Shown: positions 23,028-32,361 of the stretch, piece by piece | Layout: each line of letters starts with the position of its first letter | Numbering within the stretch: the first letter of the stretch is position 1 | Source of the DNA: Octopus sinensis | Taxonomy: Eukaryota | Reading direction: 5' to 3' | DNA length: 32,361 nucleotides | NCBI RefSeq assembly: GCF_006345805.1 | Contig: NW_021829601.1 | Span: 1-32,361 of the forward strand | Position numbers and translations under genes: made by a program | Notes under the pieces: generated by a model | What the model saw: only the letters and a program-made list of their open reading frames with translations | Database searches by the model: none | What the model was told of the DNA's origin: nothing

Positions 23028-23192
23028 CATATACACTCGTGTATGATCGTTTCTGGAATGGAATCCTTCCATGCAGTTCTAAAAGAAGAATGTTATCTAT
23101 CTAACTGTTTCTCTGCCTCTCTGTCTATACATATTTACACATGCATGTATGCATACATACATGCATTCATGCATATATATATACATGATTAA

Positions 23193-23825
<633 letters not shown>

Positions 23826-23849
23826 TGAGGGAGTGAGAGCACAAAACAT

Positions 23850-24070
23850 GCTTTTCTCAGGATTCCGAAGCAGGTCTAGGATGGAACAAACATCAAAGAG
23901 GCTGGAATCCTTAGAGATAGAGAGCAGAAACTAGTCGAGGGGGTCAAACGCTACCGGCTAGATATAATCGGTGTCTCTTCTACAAGATTGTTTGGATCTG
24001 GCAAGTAGATTTGGATGGAGGCTTGAAAATTCCACTATTCAGGTTTGGTGCCAATTATGTCAGCACAGGC

Positions 24071-24102
<32 letters not shown>

Positions 24103-25488
24103 AGGATACTCAAGCTTCCGAGAGTCAAATTGTGTTATGGAGTGGATCCCTCTAGGTGGGAAGGATTTGCATCTTGAAGGTTAAGCGAAAGGAAGTACCA
24201 CTATAGTTGTTGCAAGCGAGGCCACTCGTAGTTAAGACGTAGTTAAGACAGTCATTTGTCCTATAAAGAGATTGCAATGCACCAGATGTGTAAAATTGTG
24301 ATTGGGTGGAATAGCGACTCTGAATTCATTGCGAATGGTGAGGCCTTACTAGACTTCTGTGTTGGAAATGGGCTCTCCATGATGAACACAGGGATATCCA
24401 TAAGTAAACTTGACATTAGGATACTTTAGGATAGAAGTCACTAATAGCTTTTGTTATCGTCTCAGCTCTCTTTGATCGTGTGCTGGATGTTCGTGTAAAG
24501 ACAGGAGCTGAGCTTTCAACTGGTCACTGCGTAGTTGTTTGTAACTTGAGACTATTTACAGCAGGGAGAACTCACAAAAGTGTTCGACTGACAGAATAAA
24601 GAAGGAAGTCCTGGCGGATGACTGGATCCGAAATACATATGCGGACGCTATTGCAGATACCTTCCTGATCAAACTGAGAATTCGAAACGGTGTGGCAATT
24701 GTCTTCTTCAGCAGTTTCTTCTTCGGCTGTACAATGCAGTGGACGAAAGCAGCTTGATGTTGCGCCAGGTGACATCCACTCACCTCGGTTTAACCAAAGA
24801 AGCAAAGAAGGAGACTTACAAAGCTTTGGTTTGGAAACAAGTCTCCTTTTTTGGGTATGTGGTACACTGAGGCGAAAATTTGCAGCAGAAACAGTAAAAA
24901 TGTCTAAGATAAAGTCATGGGAGGACTCTGGTATTAAGATGGACCCTGACCTTAGATTAATCAATAAAGTATTCTGGCAGACCAATCGCTGACAACAAGA
25001 AACTCTCTTCTACATCTGCCATTAATAACTCGGTTGGAGCTTTCTTGGTAGTGAAGAGAATATTTAAGAAGTAGAAAGTATACTTTGCTGATCTAAATCC
25101 AGTCACAATAAAATCTTCTGGTGAACACAAGGTGTGGCTAAGGGCGAAGACTAACCACACAGAGGAAGAAATCATAAAGGCTATTAAAGCGCTCAAATGG
25201 GGTAAGGCTACTGTTGATGCTGAAATTCGATCTAAGATATTAAAAATCTTAAATTGAGAAGATATTCTCCGGGTGGCTCGTGTATACCAGGTGGTTTAGA
25301 CCTCTGGAAAGACACCAAAGCAATGGAAATCAGTGGTAGTAATCCCAATGTTTAAAAAGGGAGATGATAGCGAGTAGTATAATTATTGAGGAATCTCGTT
25401 CTTGAGCCTCCTCGGCAAAGCTTACGCTATGTGTCTGTAGAAAGAGGTGTAGGGAAATAATCGAGCCCAACCTAGTTGAAGAACAGTA
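23850..25488 (+). mobile_element. Degraded RTE-clade LINE (Expander/Rex3-like): APE endonuclease to start of RT
   Basis: Conceptual translation across stops and frameshifts: RYRLDIIGVSST, GEALLDFCVGNGLSMMNT, VLDVRVKTGAELSTGHCVVVCNL, KSWEDSGIKMDPDLRLINKVFWQT, KALKWGKA, SGKTPKQWKSVVVIPMFKKGD, GISFLSLLGKAY. A (GA)n tract interrupts at ~24070-24100. Confidence 0.88.
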
Positions 25489-25625
25489 ATAAAGGAAAAT
25501 ATGAGCAGAGTGGTCAGTCTCACTAAGAAACGGGGTGAGAAGACGTTATACTTGAATAATCGGTTGAGCTGAGGCTTACTGATGAAGTTAAAAAGAAAAA
25601 GAATGAGAAGACTAGTGAACAGTGT

Positions 25626-25901
25626 ATTGCACCTAGAAAGTTACCCCCCGAGGCACAAGTCCGGGCAAGGTTTTTCATGGAAGACCAACAGTCGCCCATA
25701 CATACCAGCCTCCTCTCTCCACGCCACCAATGTTATCCAAGAGAAAGGCAAAAACCGATTCAGCTTGGCATCAGTGACGTCACAACTCATTTCTATAGCT
25801 GAGTGAACTGGAGCAATGTGAAATAAAGTGTCTTGCTCAAAAACACAACACGCAGCCTGGTCCGGGAATTGAACTCACTACCTCATGATTGTGAGCCCGA
25901 C
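25626..25901 (-). mobile_element. tRNA-derived SINE, family E (V/CORE/Meta-like central domain), 5'-truncated
   Basis: Minus strand GGGCTCACAATCATGAGGTAGTGAGTTCAATTCCCGG (B box), then GTGTTGTGTTTTTGAGCAAGACACTTTATTTCACATTGCTCCAG. Confidence 0.75.
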
Positions 25902-25966
25902 AAGTAAATCGTGTATAATACATACATACACATATATATATGTATTGTGCAAATGTGAATACACAC

Positions 25967-26002
<36 letters not shown>

Positions 26003-26660
26003 ATGATCCAGCGAACCGGTGAACAAGAAAAACGCATGGATTAGGTATGAGCGGTCGATAATGTTTACAACACTATCGCTGCTTTTAATTCGTTACTGAA
26101 TTAAATGTTATGTATCTATCGTTGGGGCATGCAGCAAATAGTTTGTAATAGTATTTGTATATTGTCATTGATTGGCGATTCAGTCCATCCCCGGTTCGAT
26201 TCAGGTACGTAATGTTGATTAGCCACAAAAATGGTGAAATATCGGTATCCATTACTCCTGGATGGGACTGAAGGTGAATTGCCTCACCTGTCGTGTTTTA
26301 GGCGTTTTAACGCAGCGAACACATATATGTGCGATCGAAGGGTAAGAGCAGGATGGAGAGCATTCAGCCCGGTGAAGGATGTGCTGAAGGCGAACCTAGA
26401 CAAAGCAACTCGAATCAATCTCTTCAACAACACAATCTTGCCTTAAATGTTATATGCATGCGAGACTTGGGTCTTGACGAAGAGAGAACAACAACATCTG
26501 CTTACGGTGCAGAGAGTCATAGAAAGGTCCAGGCTAGGAATCTCGCTTAGGGATCACATCAGGAACGAGGAGGTCAGGGATAGAAATGGAACGAAGGACG
26601 TCGCCGCAGAATATCACCACACAAAGCTACGATGGGCCAGTCGTGTCACAAGGTTCACAG

Positions 26661-26826
26661 ACAATCGGTGGACCCGTGCAGTTGTCGAGTGGTACCCGTG
26701 CAAATCGGTGGACCTGTGCAGTTGTGGAGTGGTACCCGTGCGAATCGGTGGACCCATACAGTTGTCGAGTGGTACCCGTGCGAATCGGTGGACCCATACA
26801 GTTGACGAGTGGTATCTGTGCGAATC
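26661..26826 (+). repeat. 40-bp minisatellite (4+ units) derived from LINE coding sequence
   Basis: Units at 26661, 26701, 26741 and 26781 (CGAATCGGTGGACCCATACAGTTGTCGAGTGGTACCCGTG type). Confidence 0.95.
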
Positions 26827-26828
26827 CG

Positions 26829-27054
26829 TTTCTTTATTACCCACAAGGGGCTAAACATAGAGGGGACAAACAAGGACAGACAAAGGGATTAAGTCGATTA
26901 CATCGACCCCAGTGCGTAACTGGTACTTAATTTATCGACCCCGAAAGGATGAATGGCAAAGTTGACCTCGGCGGAATTTGAACTCAGAACGTAACGGCAG
27001 ACGAAATACGGCTACGCATTTCGCCCGGCGTGCTAACGATTCTGCCAACTCGCC
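26829..27054 (-). mobile_element. SINE family C, full length
   Basis: Head GGCGAGTTGGCAGAATCGTTAGCACGCCGGG, B box GAGTTCAAATTCC, Nin/Deu-like CCGAGGTCAACTTTGCCATTCATCCTTTCGGGGTCGATAAATTAAGTACCAG. Probable ~24-bp TSD CAGTTG.CGAGTGGTATCTGTGC. Confidence 0.88.
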
Positions 27055-27345
27055 GTGCAGTTGTCGAGTGGTATCTGTGCTAACGGAAGAAACCACTGAG
27101 AAGACCTCCAATAAGGCGATCGATAACACACCCACACATTAATCAGAATACATAAACGGTTACTTAAGTTTTCGTACAGATTAACATTGAAAGTATTTCG
27201 AAAGAATGTAATTCACCAACAATTAATCAAGCAGAGAACCCTACATGGCTACTGACTCACTTTCTCACCTTCCTGCAAACTACATTGGACGTCTTTCAGA
27301 ACAGTTGTTTGTTGTACCCCAAAATCGCATTCTCTCAGTATACAA

Positions 27346-27725
27346 TGGATGGAAGCACTCCGTCGGTTACGACGATGAGGGTTCCGGTTGATCCGAATCA
27401 ACGGAACAGCCTGCTCGTGAAATTAACGTGTAAGTGGCTGAGAACTCCACAGACACACGTGCACCCTTAACGTAGTTCTCGGGGATATTCAGCGTGACAC
27501 AGAGAGTGACAAGGCTGGCCCTTTGAAATACAGGTACAACAGAAACAGGAAGTAAGAGTGAGAGAAAGTTATAGTGAAAGAGTAGAGCAGGGATCACCCC
27601 TCCCCCTTCCGGAGCCTCGTGGAACTTTAGGTGTTATCACTCAATAAACACTCACAACGCCCGGTCTGGGAATCGAAACCGCGATCCTACGACCGCGAGT
27701 CCGCTGCCCTAACCGCTGCCCTATA
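27346..27725 (-). mobile_element. SINE family B with a slightly truncated and rearranged 5' junction
   Basis: 14-bp TSD CTCTCAGTATACAA (27332-27345 / 27726-27739). CCGCTGCCCT is duplicated at the 5' junction. Confidence 0.92.
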
Positions 27726-27874
27726 CTCTCAGTATACAACCGCCATGCATGTACATGAAACTTAAGTAGCTGTTTGTTAATTTCGAATACTGTACAAAGA
27801 CAACTTCTTTTCCATGATCTGAAACATTTGTATTTGTTGAAAGAATATACGTAGTAGTAGTATGCACACATGCT

Positions 27875-27969
27875 CACACATAGCTACGATGGGCCAGTCG
27901 TGTCACAAGGTTCACAGACAATCGGTGGACCCATGCAGTTGTCGAGTGGTACCCGTGCGAATCGGTGGA
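27875..27969 (+). repeat. Dispersed ~95-bp copy of 26618-26712
   Basis: CACACA.AGCTACGATGGGCCAGTCGTGTCACAAGGTTCACAGACAATCGGTGGACCC.TGCAGTTGTCGAGTGGTACCCGTGC.AATCGGTGGA occurs at both places. Confidence 0.9.
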
Positions 27970-28760
27970 TTTTTTTTTTTACTTGTTTCAGTCATTTGAC
28001 TGCGGCCATGCTGGAGCACCACCTTTAGTCGAGAAAATCAACCCCGGAACTTATTCTTTGTAAGCCCAGTACTTATTCTATCGGTGTCTTTTGCCGAACC
28101 GCTAAGTGACGGGGGACATAAGTGTCAGGCAATGCTAGGGGGACAAACACACACAGACACAAACACACACACACACATACATATACATATATATATACAT
28201 ATATACGACAGGCTTCTTTCAGTTTCCGTCTACCAAATCCACTCACAAGGCATTGGTCGGCCCGGGGCTATAGCAGAAGACACTTGCCCAAGATGCCAGG
28301 CAGTGGGACTGAACCCGGAACCATGTGGTTGGTTAGCAAGCTATTTACCACACAGCCACCCCTACGCCTATATACATATAATACGACAGGCTTCTTTCAG
28401 TTTCCGTCTACCAATCCACTCACAAGGCATTGGTCGGCCTCCCGGGGCTATAGCAGAAGACACTTTGCCCAAGATGCCACGCATTGGGACTGACCCGGAA
28501 CCATGTGGTTGGTACAAGCTACTTACCGCACAGCCACTCCTGCGCCTATATATATATATATATATCTATATATAATTATATATATATACATATATACGAC
28601 AGGCTTCTTTCAGTTTCCGTCTACCAAATCCACTCACAAGGCATTGGTCGGCCCGGGGCTATAGCAGAAGACACATGCCCAAGGTGTGCCACGCAGTGGG
28701 ACTGAACACGGAACCATGTGGTTGGTTAGCAAGCTACTTACCACACAGCCACTCCTGCGC
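27970..28760 (-). mobile_element. SINE family A with a triplicated 5' module
   Basis: One 3' module (27970-28140) and three ~165-bp head+core modules (28205-28368, 28383-28546, 28596-28760) separated by TA-rich tracts. Confidence 0.88.
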
Positions 28761-29244
28761 ACCTAGGGTACAACATGTATGAACGTAGAATAATTGAAAC
28801 ACTTGTAATGAGAAGAAAAGTCAGAAAATTTCAACAGATACGCATACACAGGTAAGAATTAGAAAAAAGCCCAAAATTAACAAAAGAACAACAAAAACCC
28901 CAAACCAAAACAAAACAAATCAAAGCATACACCATATACAGACGGTGACGCGTGCACTGACATTCTTACATAAATGTCATAGAAATTTAATAGTATTCAG
29001 TGAAATAATAAATACTCATAAAATATATTTCGGCACTGTTAAACGTATATAAATTGTGTTAATTATTTCAATATGCGAGTCACATTAAGTTTACAATAAG
29101 AATGTAATTTACATATATCAGCAGGTAAGCGATAGGAAGCGATGACGGCTGCCATAGAAAAAAACTATGGTACGACATATTAAACGCAGAAAAAACAACA
29201 ACAACAACACAATAAGCCTCAAGGTATACGTGCGTGCGCGTGCC

Positions 29245-29478
29245 TGTATATATTATGTGCACACATTTATATACATACGTACATACATATAGACGTACAC
29301 ATATACATATGTTTTATAAACATATTTGTACACTTATATTATACACATAAATAAATACACATGTATATATTATGTGCACAGATTTATATACATACGTACA
29401 TACATATAGACGTACACATATACTTATATGTTTTATAAACATATATGTACACTTATATTATACACATAAATAAATAAA
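29245..29478. repeat. Tandem duplication, 2 x 117 bp, AT-rich
   Basis: TGTATATATTATGTGCACA...ATACACATAAATAAATA starts at 29245 and at 29362. Confidence 0.88.
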
Positions 29479-29559
29479 TACACATAAATATAAATATATA
29501 TGATTTATGAATATATATATATATGTATTTATGATAAAAATACATATTTGTATATGTAC

Positions 29560-29591
29560 ATCTGTGAACGGGAATAACCGCTCGTGCACAC

Positions 29592-29630
<39 letters not shown>

Positions 29631-30110
29631 TCTTTCTCATAATCGCGGGGTGGGATTAGGAGGTCAGAAATTGAGGTGGGTGAAGTCTTAGAAATCCTCC
29701 GACAATCACTTCTGACTCTTTTCGAAGATAAAGCAATGAAGGGAGTGGCCATAGCAATGGATTGGATGGCTACACATATGGCCATCCAGTAGCAATCCCC
29801 TTTTTATTCAGGTTTTGACCACAGTCTCCCGCAGCTTCATGTAACCGTATGAATTTAGCCTTAAGCCCTATTCAAAGGTGTGGGGCAGCATGATGTCACC
29901 CTTACTGGAGACACACCCCGAGACCATCACCGTTTGGAGGAACTTGGTTTTCATGTCACGTTGGACATCACATGGATTGTAGGCAAACCAACTATTGTTG
30001 AGGGTTTTGTGCAACTGGTTCTGCAGTAGTTCTTTTCATCTGAGAAGAACCAGACCATCCCCGGCTCTACAGGAAGGCTCAATTTATTCAGTAGCCTTTT
30101 TGGATCTTTA
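29560..30110 (-). pseudogene. DD37D (maT/mori-like) Tc1/mariner transposase fragment
   Basis: GMVWFFSDEKNYC, NNSWFAYNPCDVQRDMKTKF, VMVSGCVSSKGDIMLPHTF, GLRLNS and NF*PPN..DY in shifting frames. Interrupted by (TC)n at ~29593-29625. Confidence 0.75.
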
Positions 30111-30112
30111 CT

Positions 30113-30248
30113 CTTTGAACGGCAGATCGAGAAATTAATTTTTTGTAACTAAACACTTTCAAACTTCGGACACTGGTAGAATGTGTCATATAAGTGTCAT
30201 GAAAGTGTTTAGTTACAAAAAATTAATTTCTCGATCTGCCGTTCAAAG
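30113..30248. repeat. Perfect 49-bp inverted repeat with a 38-bp spacer
   Basis: 30113-30161 is the exact reverse complement of 30200-30248. Confidence 0.95.
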
Positions 30249-30401
30249 GATAAAGTTCCAAAAAACATCTTTTACTCTTAGTGTTGTTGAGAAAAGTTTA
30301 TATTTTCAAAGTTATTTTGTGTTAAAGTTGTCGTATTTCGGTAATTTCAACCAATCAATGACGTGTATTCAGCTGAATAAAATTACTGCTGTTGCTTGTC
30401 A

Positions 30402-31600
30402 ACCCACTTCCCAAGGACTGGGATAAGCGAAATTTGGCATAATTATTACTCTTTCTCTACATAACCACCACCAATGATGACAACACACCTCTCCTATCGC
30501 TTTATGCAGCTGTGAAGACATCGTTTGTAGAAGTAGGTAGGTTGCGTCTGCAGTCAAGATTTTATCTCAGAAATAAGTTCATCATCATCTGAAAAGTACT
30601 TCCTCTTCAAAAAAGAATTCATGTTTGGAAAGAGGTGGAAGCCAGATGATGCGAGATCAGGAGAGTAAGTGGTGTGAGGAAAGATTCCATAACCGCAGGA
30701 GTGTGCTTTCATCTGGACAACGTGAGCATTGTGAACTGGGGCCTTGTCTTGAAGGAGGCAACTACTTTAGTCAGCATATCACTCCTCTTTGCTTTGATGG
30801 CATTCTGCAATTTCTGCAGCAGAGATGCATAATGTTGTGGTTCCCTTTGCCTAAGAATCCATCTTCACAACTCCGCGCTGGACGCAAAAGACTGTGGGCA
30901 TCACTTTGCCAGTTGAGGTTTGGATACGAGCCTCCTTTGGAGGTGGGGAGTCAACATGCTTTCATTGCTTCGACTGGATTTTAGTCTCAGGGTCATAGTG
31001 ATGAACCCATGTTTCATCCTGTGTGATAAGTCTGCCGTAAAAGTCCTCCTCGTTTTCTTGGGAGCAATTGATCGCTCCTGCTTCTGAAAACGTGTGAGCA
31101 TCCGGAGACAATTCCCGCATGTGCAAATGGTCGTAAATTATTTTTTCCACAGACCCTACACTTATCTTGACTTCTTGGGCTAGTTGTCGAATAGTTATGC
31201 GACGATTCTCCAAAATGGCAGTTTCCACTTTATGGATGGTGTCAATGGCGGAATGTAGCCGTCCAGAAATAGGAGCAGTTTCCACCGATGCCTAAGCACA
31301 TTTGAACTGGCGACGCCATTGCTTGACTGCGTCGTATGATCGCCATCATAAACTTCTTTCACCTCATCGAAAGTCTCTTTTGGTGTACGACCTTTCAAGT
31401 ATAAGAACCTGTTCTGCATTCAACTGCCTTCATTATAACACTTTAGTTCACTGCAACAGCCGTAAAAGACGAAGGAATACTAGTGGAAAACTGCAATCTC
31501 AATGTAATATGTAGAGACATGCATGATTATACCTGTACAAGTTCCGTTTCCTGCAGTAACCGGAAGTGGGTCAGGGCAAATCTTTAATGAACAACCCTCA
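30402..31600 (-). mobile_element. Older, degraded mariner (DD34D) related to the 15.3-kb copy
   Basis: 5' TIR remnant (T)GAGGGTTGTTCATTAAAGATTTGCCCTGACCCACTTCC, ATG at 31433 (MKAVECR), RLITQDETWVHHYDPETK, LLQDKAPVHN and TYSPDLASS with several stops and frameshifts. The 3' TIR is truncated near 30402. Confidence 0.9.
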
Positions 31601-31609
31601 TGTGCGTGT

Positions 31610-31657
<48 letters not shown>

Positions 31658-31672
31658 GTGCGTGTGTGCGTG
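31601..31672. repeat. (TG)n microsatellite
   Basis: Direct inspection. Confidence 0.95.
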
Positions 31673-31674
31673 TA

Positions 31675-31890
31675 TAGTTTAAATTTACACAAAACAAAAT
31701 ATGAAGACAGGTGGAGGAACAAGCACAAGCAGGTGTATTAGTTTGATGCTCGAGAAAAATAGAAAGGTCTTTTACGTTTTGAGCCGACGCTCTTCGACAG
31801 AAAGGATCGAATAGAAAAAAAAGGGAGAGAGCAGAAAAAAGAAAAAAGCGGAGACAGAAAAAATGTGTAGGGATTAACGGCTCAGCATGA
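31675..31890 (-). mobile_element. Penelope-like pseudo-LTR-type fragment (family H2), with an inverted partial copy at 31964-32027 across a (TA)n
   Basis: Homologous to 14011-14210. 31810-31890 pairs with 31964-32027 apart from a 16-bp indel. Confidence 0.6.
31769..31804 (-). ncRNA. Minimal hammerhead-like motif (family H2), probably inactive
   Basis: CUUU-CUGUCGAA-GAGC(GUCG)GCUC-AAAA-CGU-A-AAAG: perfect stem I CUUU/AAAG and stem II, U at position 6, and G12 changed to A. Confidence 0.45.
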
Positions 31891-31910
31891 TATATATATA
31901 TATATATATA

Positions 31911-31964
<54 letters not shown>

Positions 31965-32231
31965 CATGCTGAGCCTTTTTCTGTCTCCGCTTTTTTTCTT
32001 TTTCTGCTCTCTCTCCTTTTTTTTATTTTTTGTTTTTTGTTTTTGAAATTAGCTATTTCATCTTTAAATATGAGAATTTAAATACTAGGGTTTCATTATA
32101 TACAATCGTTTATAGAGGTTATTGTAGTTCTTGTATTATATATATATTTTCATTGATAATTTTATATTTTTATATATATTAGTCATTTCAATTTATATCT
32201 TAAAAATTGGATTATATTTTAGGTCTTGAAA

Positions 32232-32277
32232 CCACCTGATGAATGTCCCTTGAAGTGACAAGAAACGATCGTAGTGG
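32232..32277 (+). ncRNA. Minimal type I hammerhead ribozyme-like motif (family H3)
   Basis: CCAC-CUGAUGA-A-UGUC(CCUUGAAGU)GACA-A-GAAA-C-GAUC-GU-A-GUGG: stem I CCAC/GUGG, canonical core, palindromic helix III ACGAUCGU, predicted cleavage at 32273/32274. The basal pair of stem II is A.A in this copy. Confidence 0.75.
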
Positions 32278-32361
32278 AATCTTAATTTAATTAATCTTAA
32301 TTATATTTAATTTATATAAATTTTTTTATGTATTGGATTAAGTCTTTCTTTGTTTGATTTG

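Larger units (their letters stand above)
26320..27125 (+). mobile_element. 3' fragment of a second RTE-clade LINE (C-terminal RT region), interrupted by a minisatellite and a SINE
   Basis: RRVRAGWRAF...LFNNTILP*MLYACETWVLTK...LGISLRDHIRNEEVR...KLRWASRVTRFTDNRWTRAVVEWYP, resuming after 27054 with ...RKKPLRRPP. Confidence 0.85.

Overview
Eukaryotic, AT-rich, almost entirely repeat-derived DNA with no recognisable intact host gene. I recognise the SINE families as those abundant in octopus genomes, so a coleoid cephalopod source is likely (inference). The window holds at least four tRNA-derived SINE families (11 insertions), a fifth (TAA)n-flanked element, two degraded RTE-clade LINE pieces, a decayed Chapaev3-like (CMC) DNA transposon, three mariner (DD34D) copies, a DD37D/maT-like fragment, two non-autonomous Helitron-like elements, several MITE-like inverted repeats, many microsatellites and a ~6.3 kb array of a 105-bp satellite. 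Most ORFs in the supplied track are microsatellite or satellite artefacts. The most interesting signal is five type I hammerhead-ribozyme-like motifs from three unrelated sequence families (2235-2351 -, 2485-2602 +, 14078-14112 +, 31769-31804 -, 32232-32277 +). Two families sit in head-to-head inverted arrangements, as expected for Penelope-like element pseudo-LTRs. One family has an atypical U at core position 6 in both copies. Other points: a SINE with a 140-bp target-site duplication, a satellite bracketed by a 10-bp microhomology, and a mariner reduced to 3 bp of its left end by a microhomology deletion. Family names and ribozyme activity are untested, and scattered homopolymer indels suggest some long-read consensus error.
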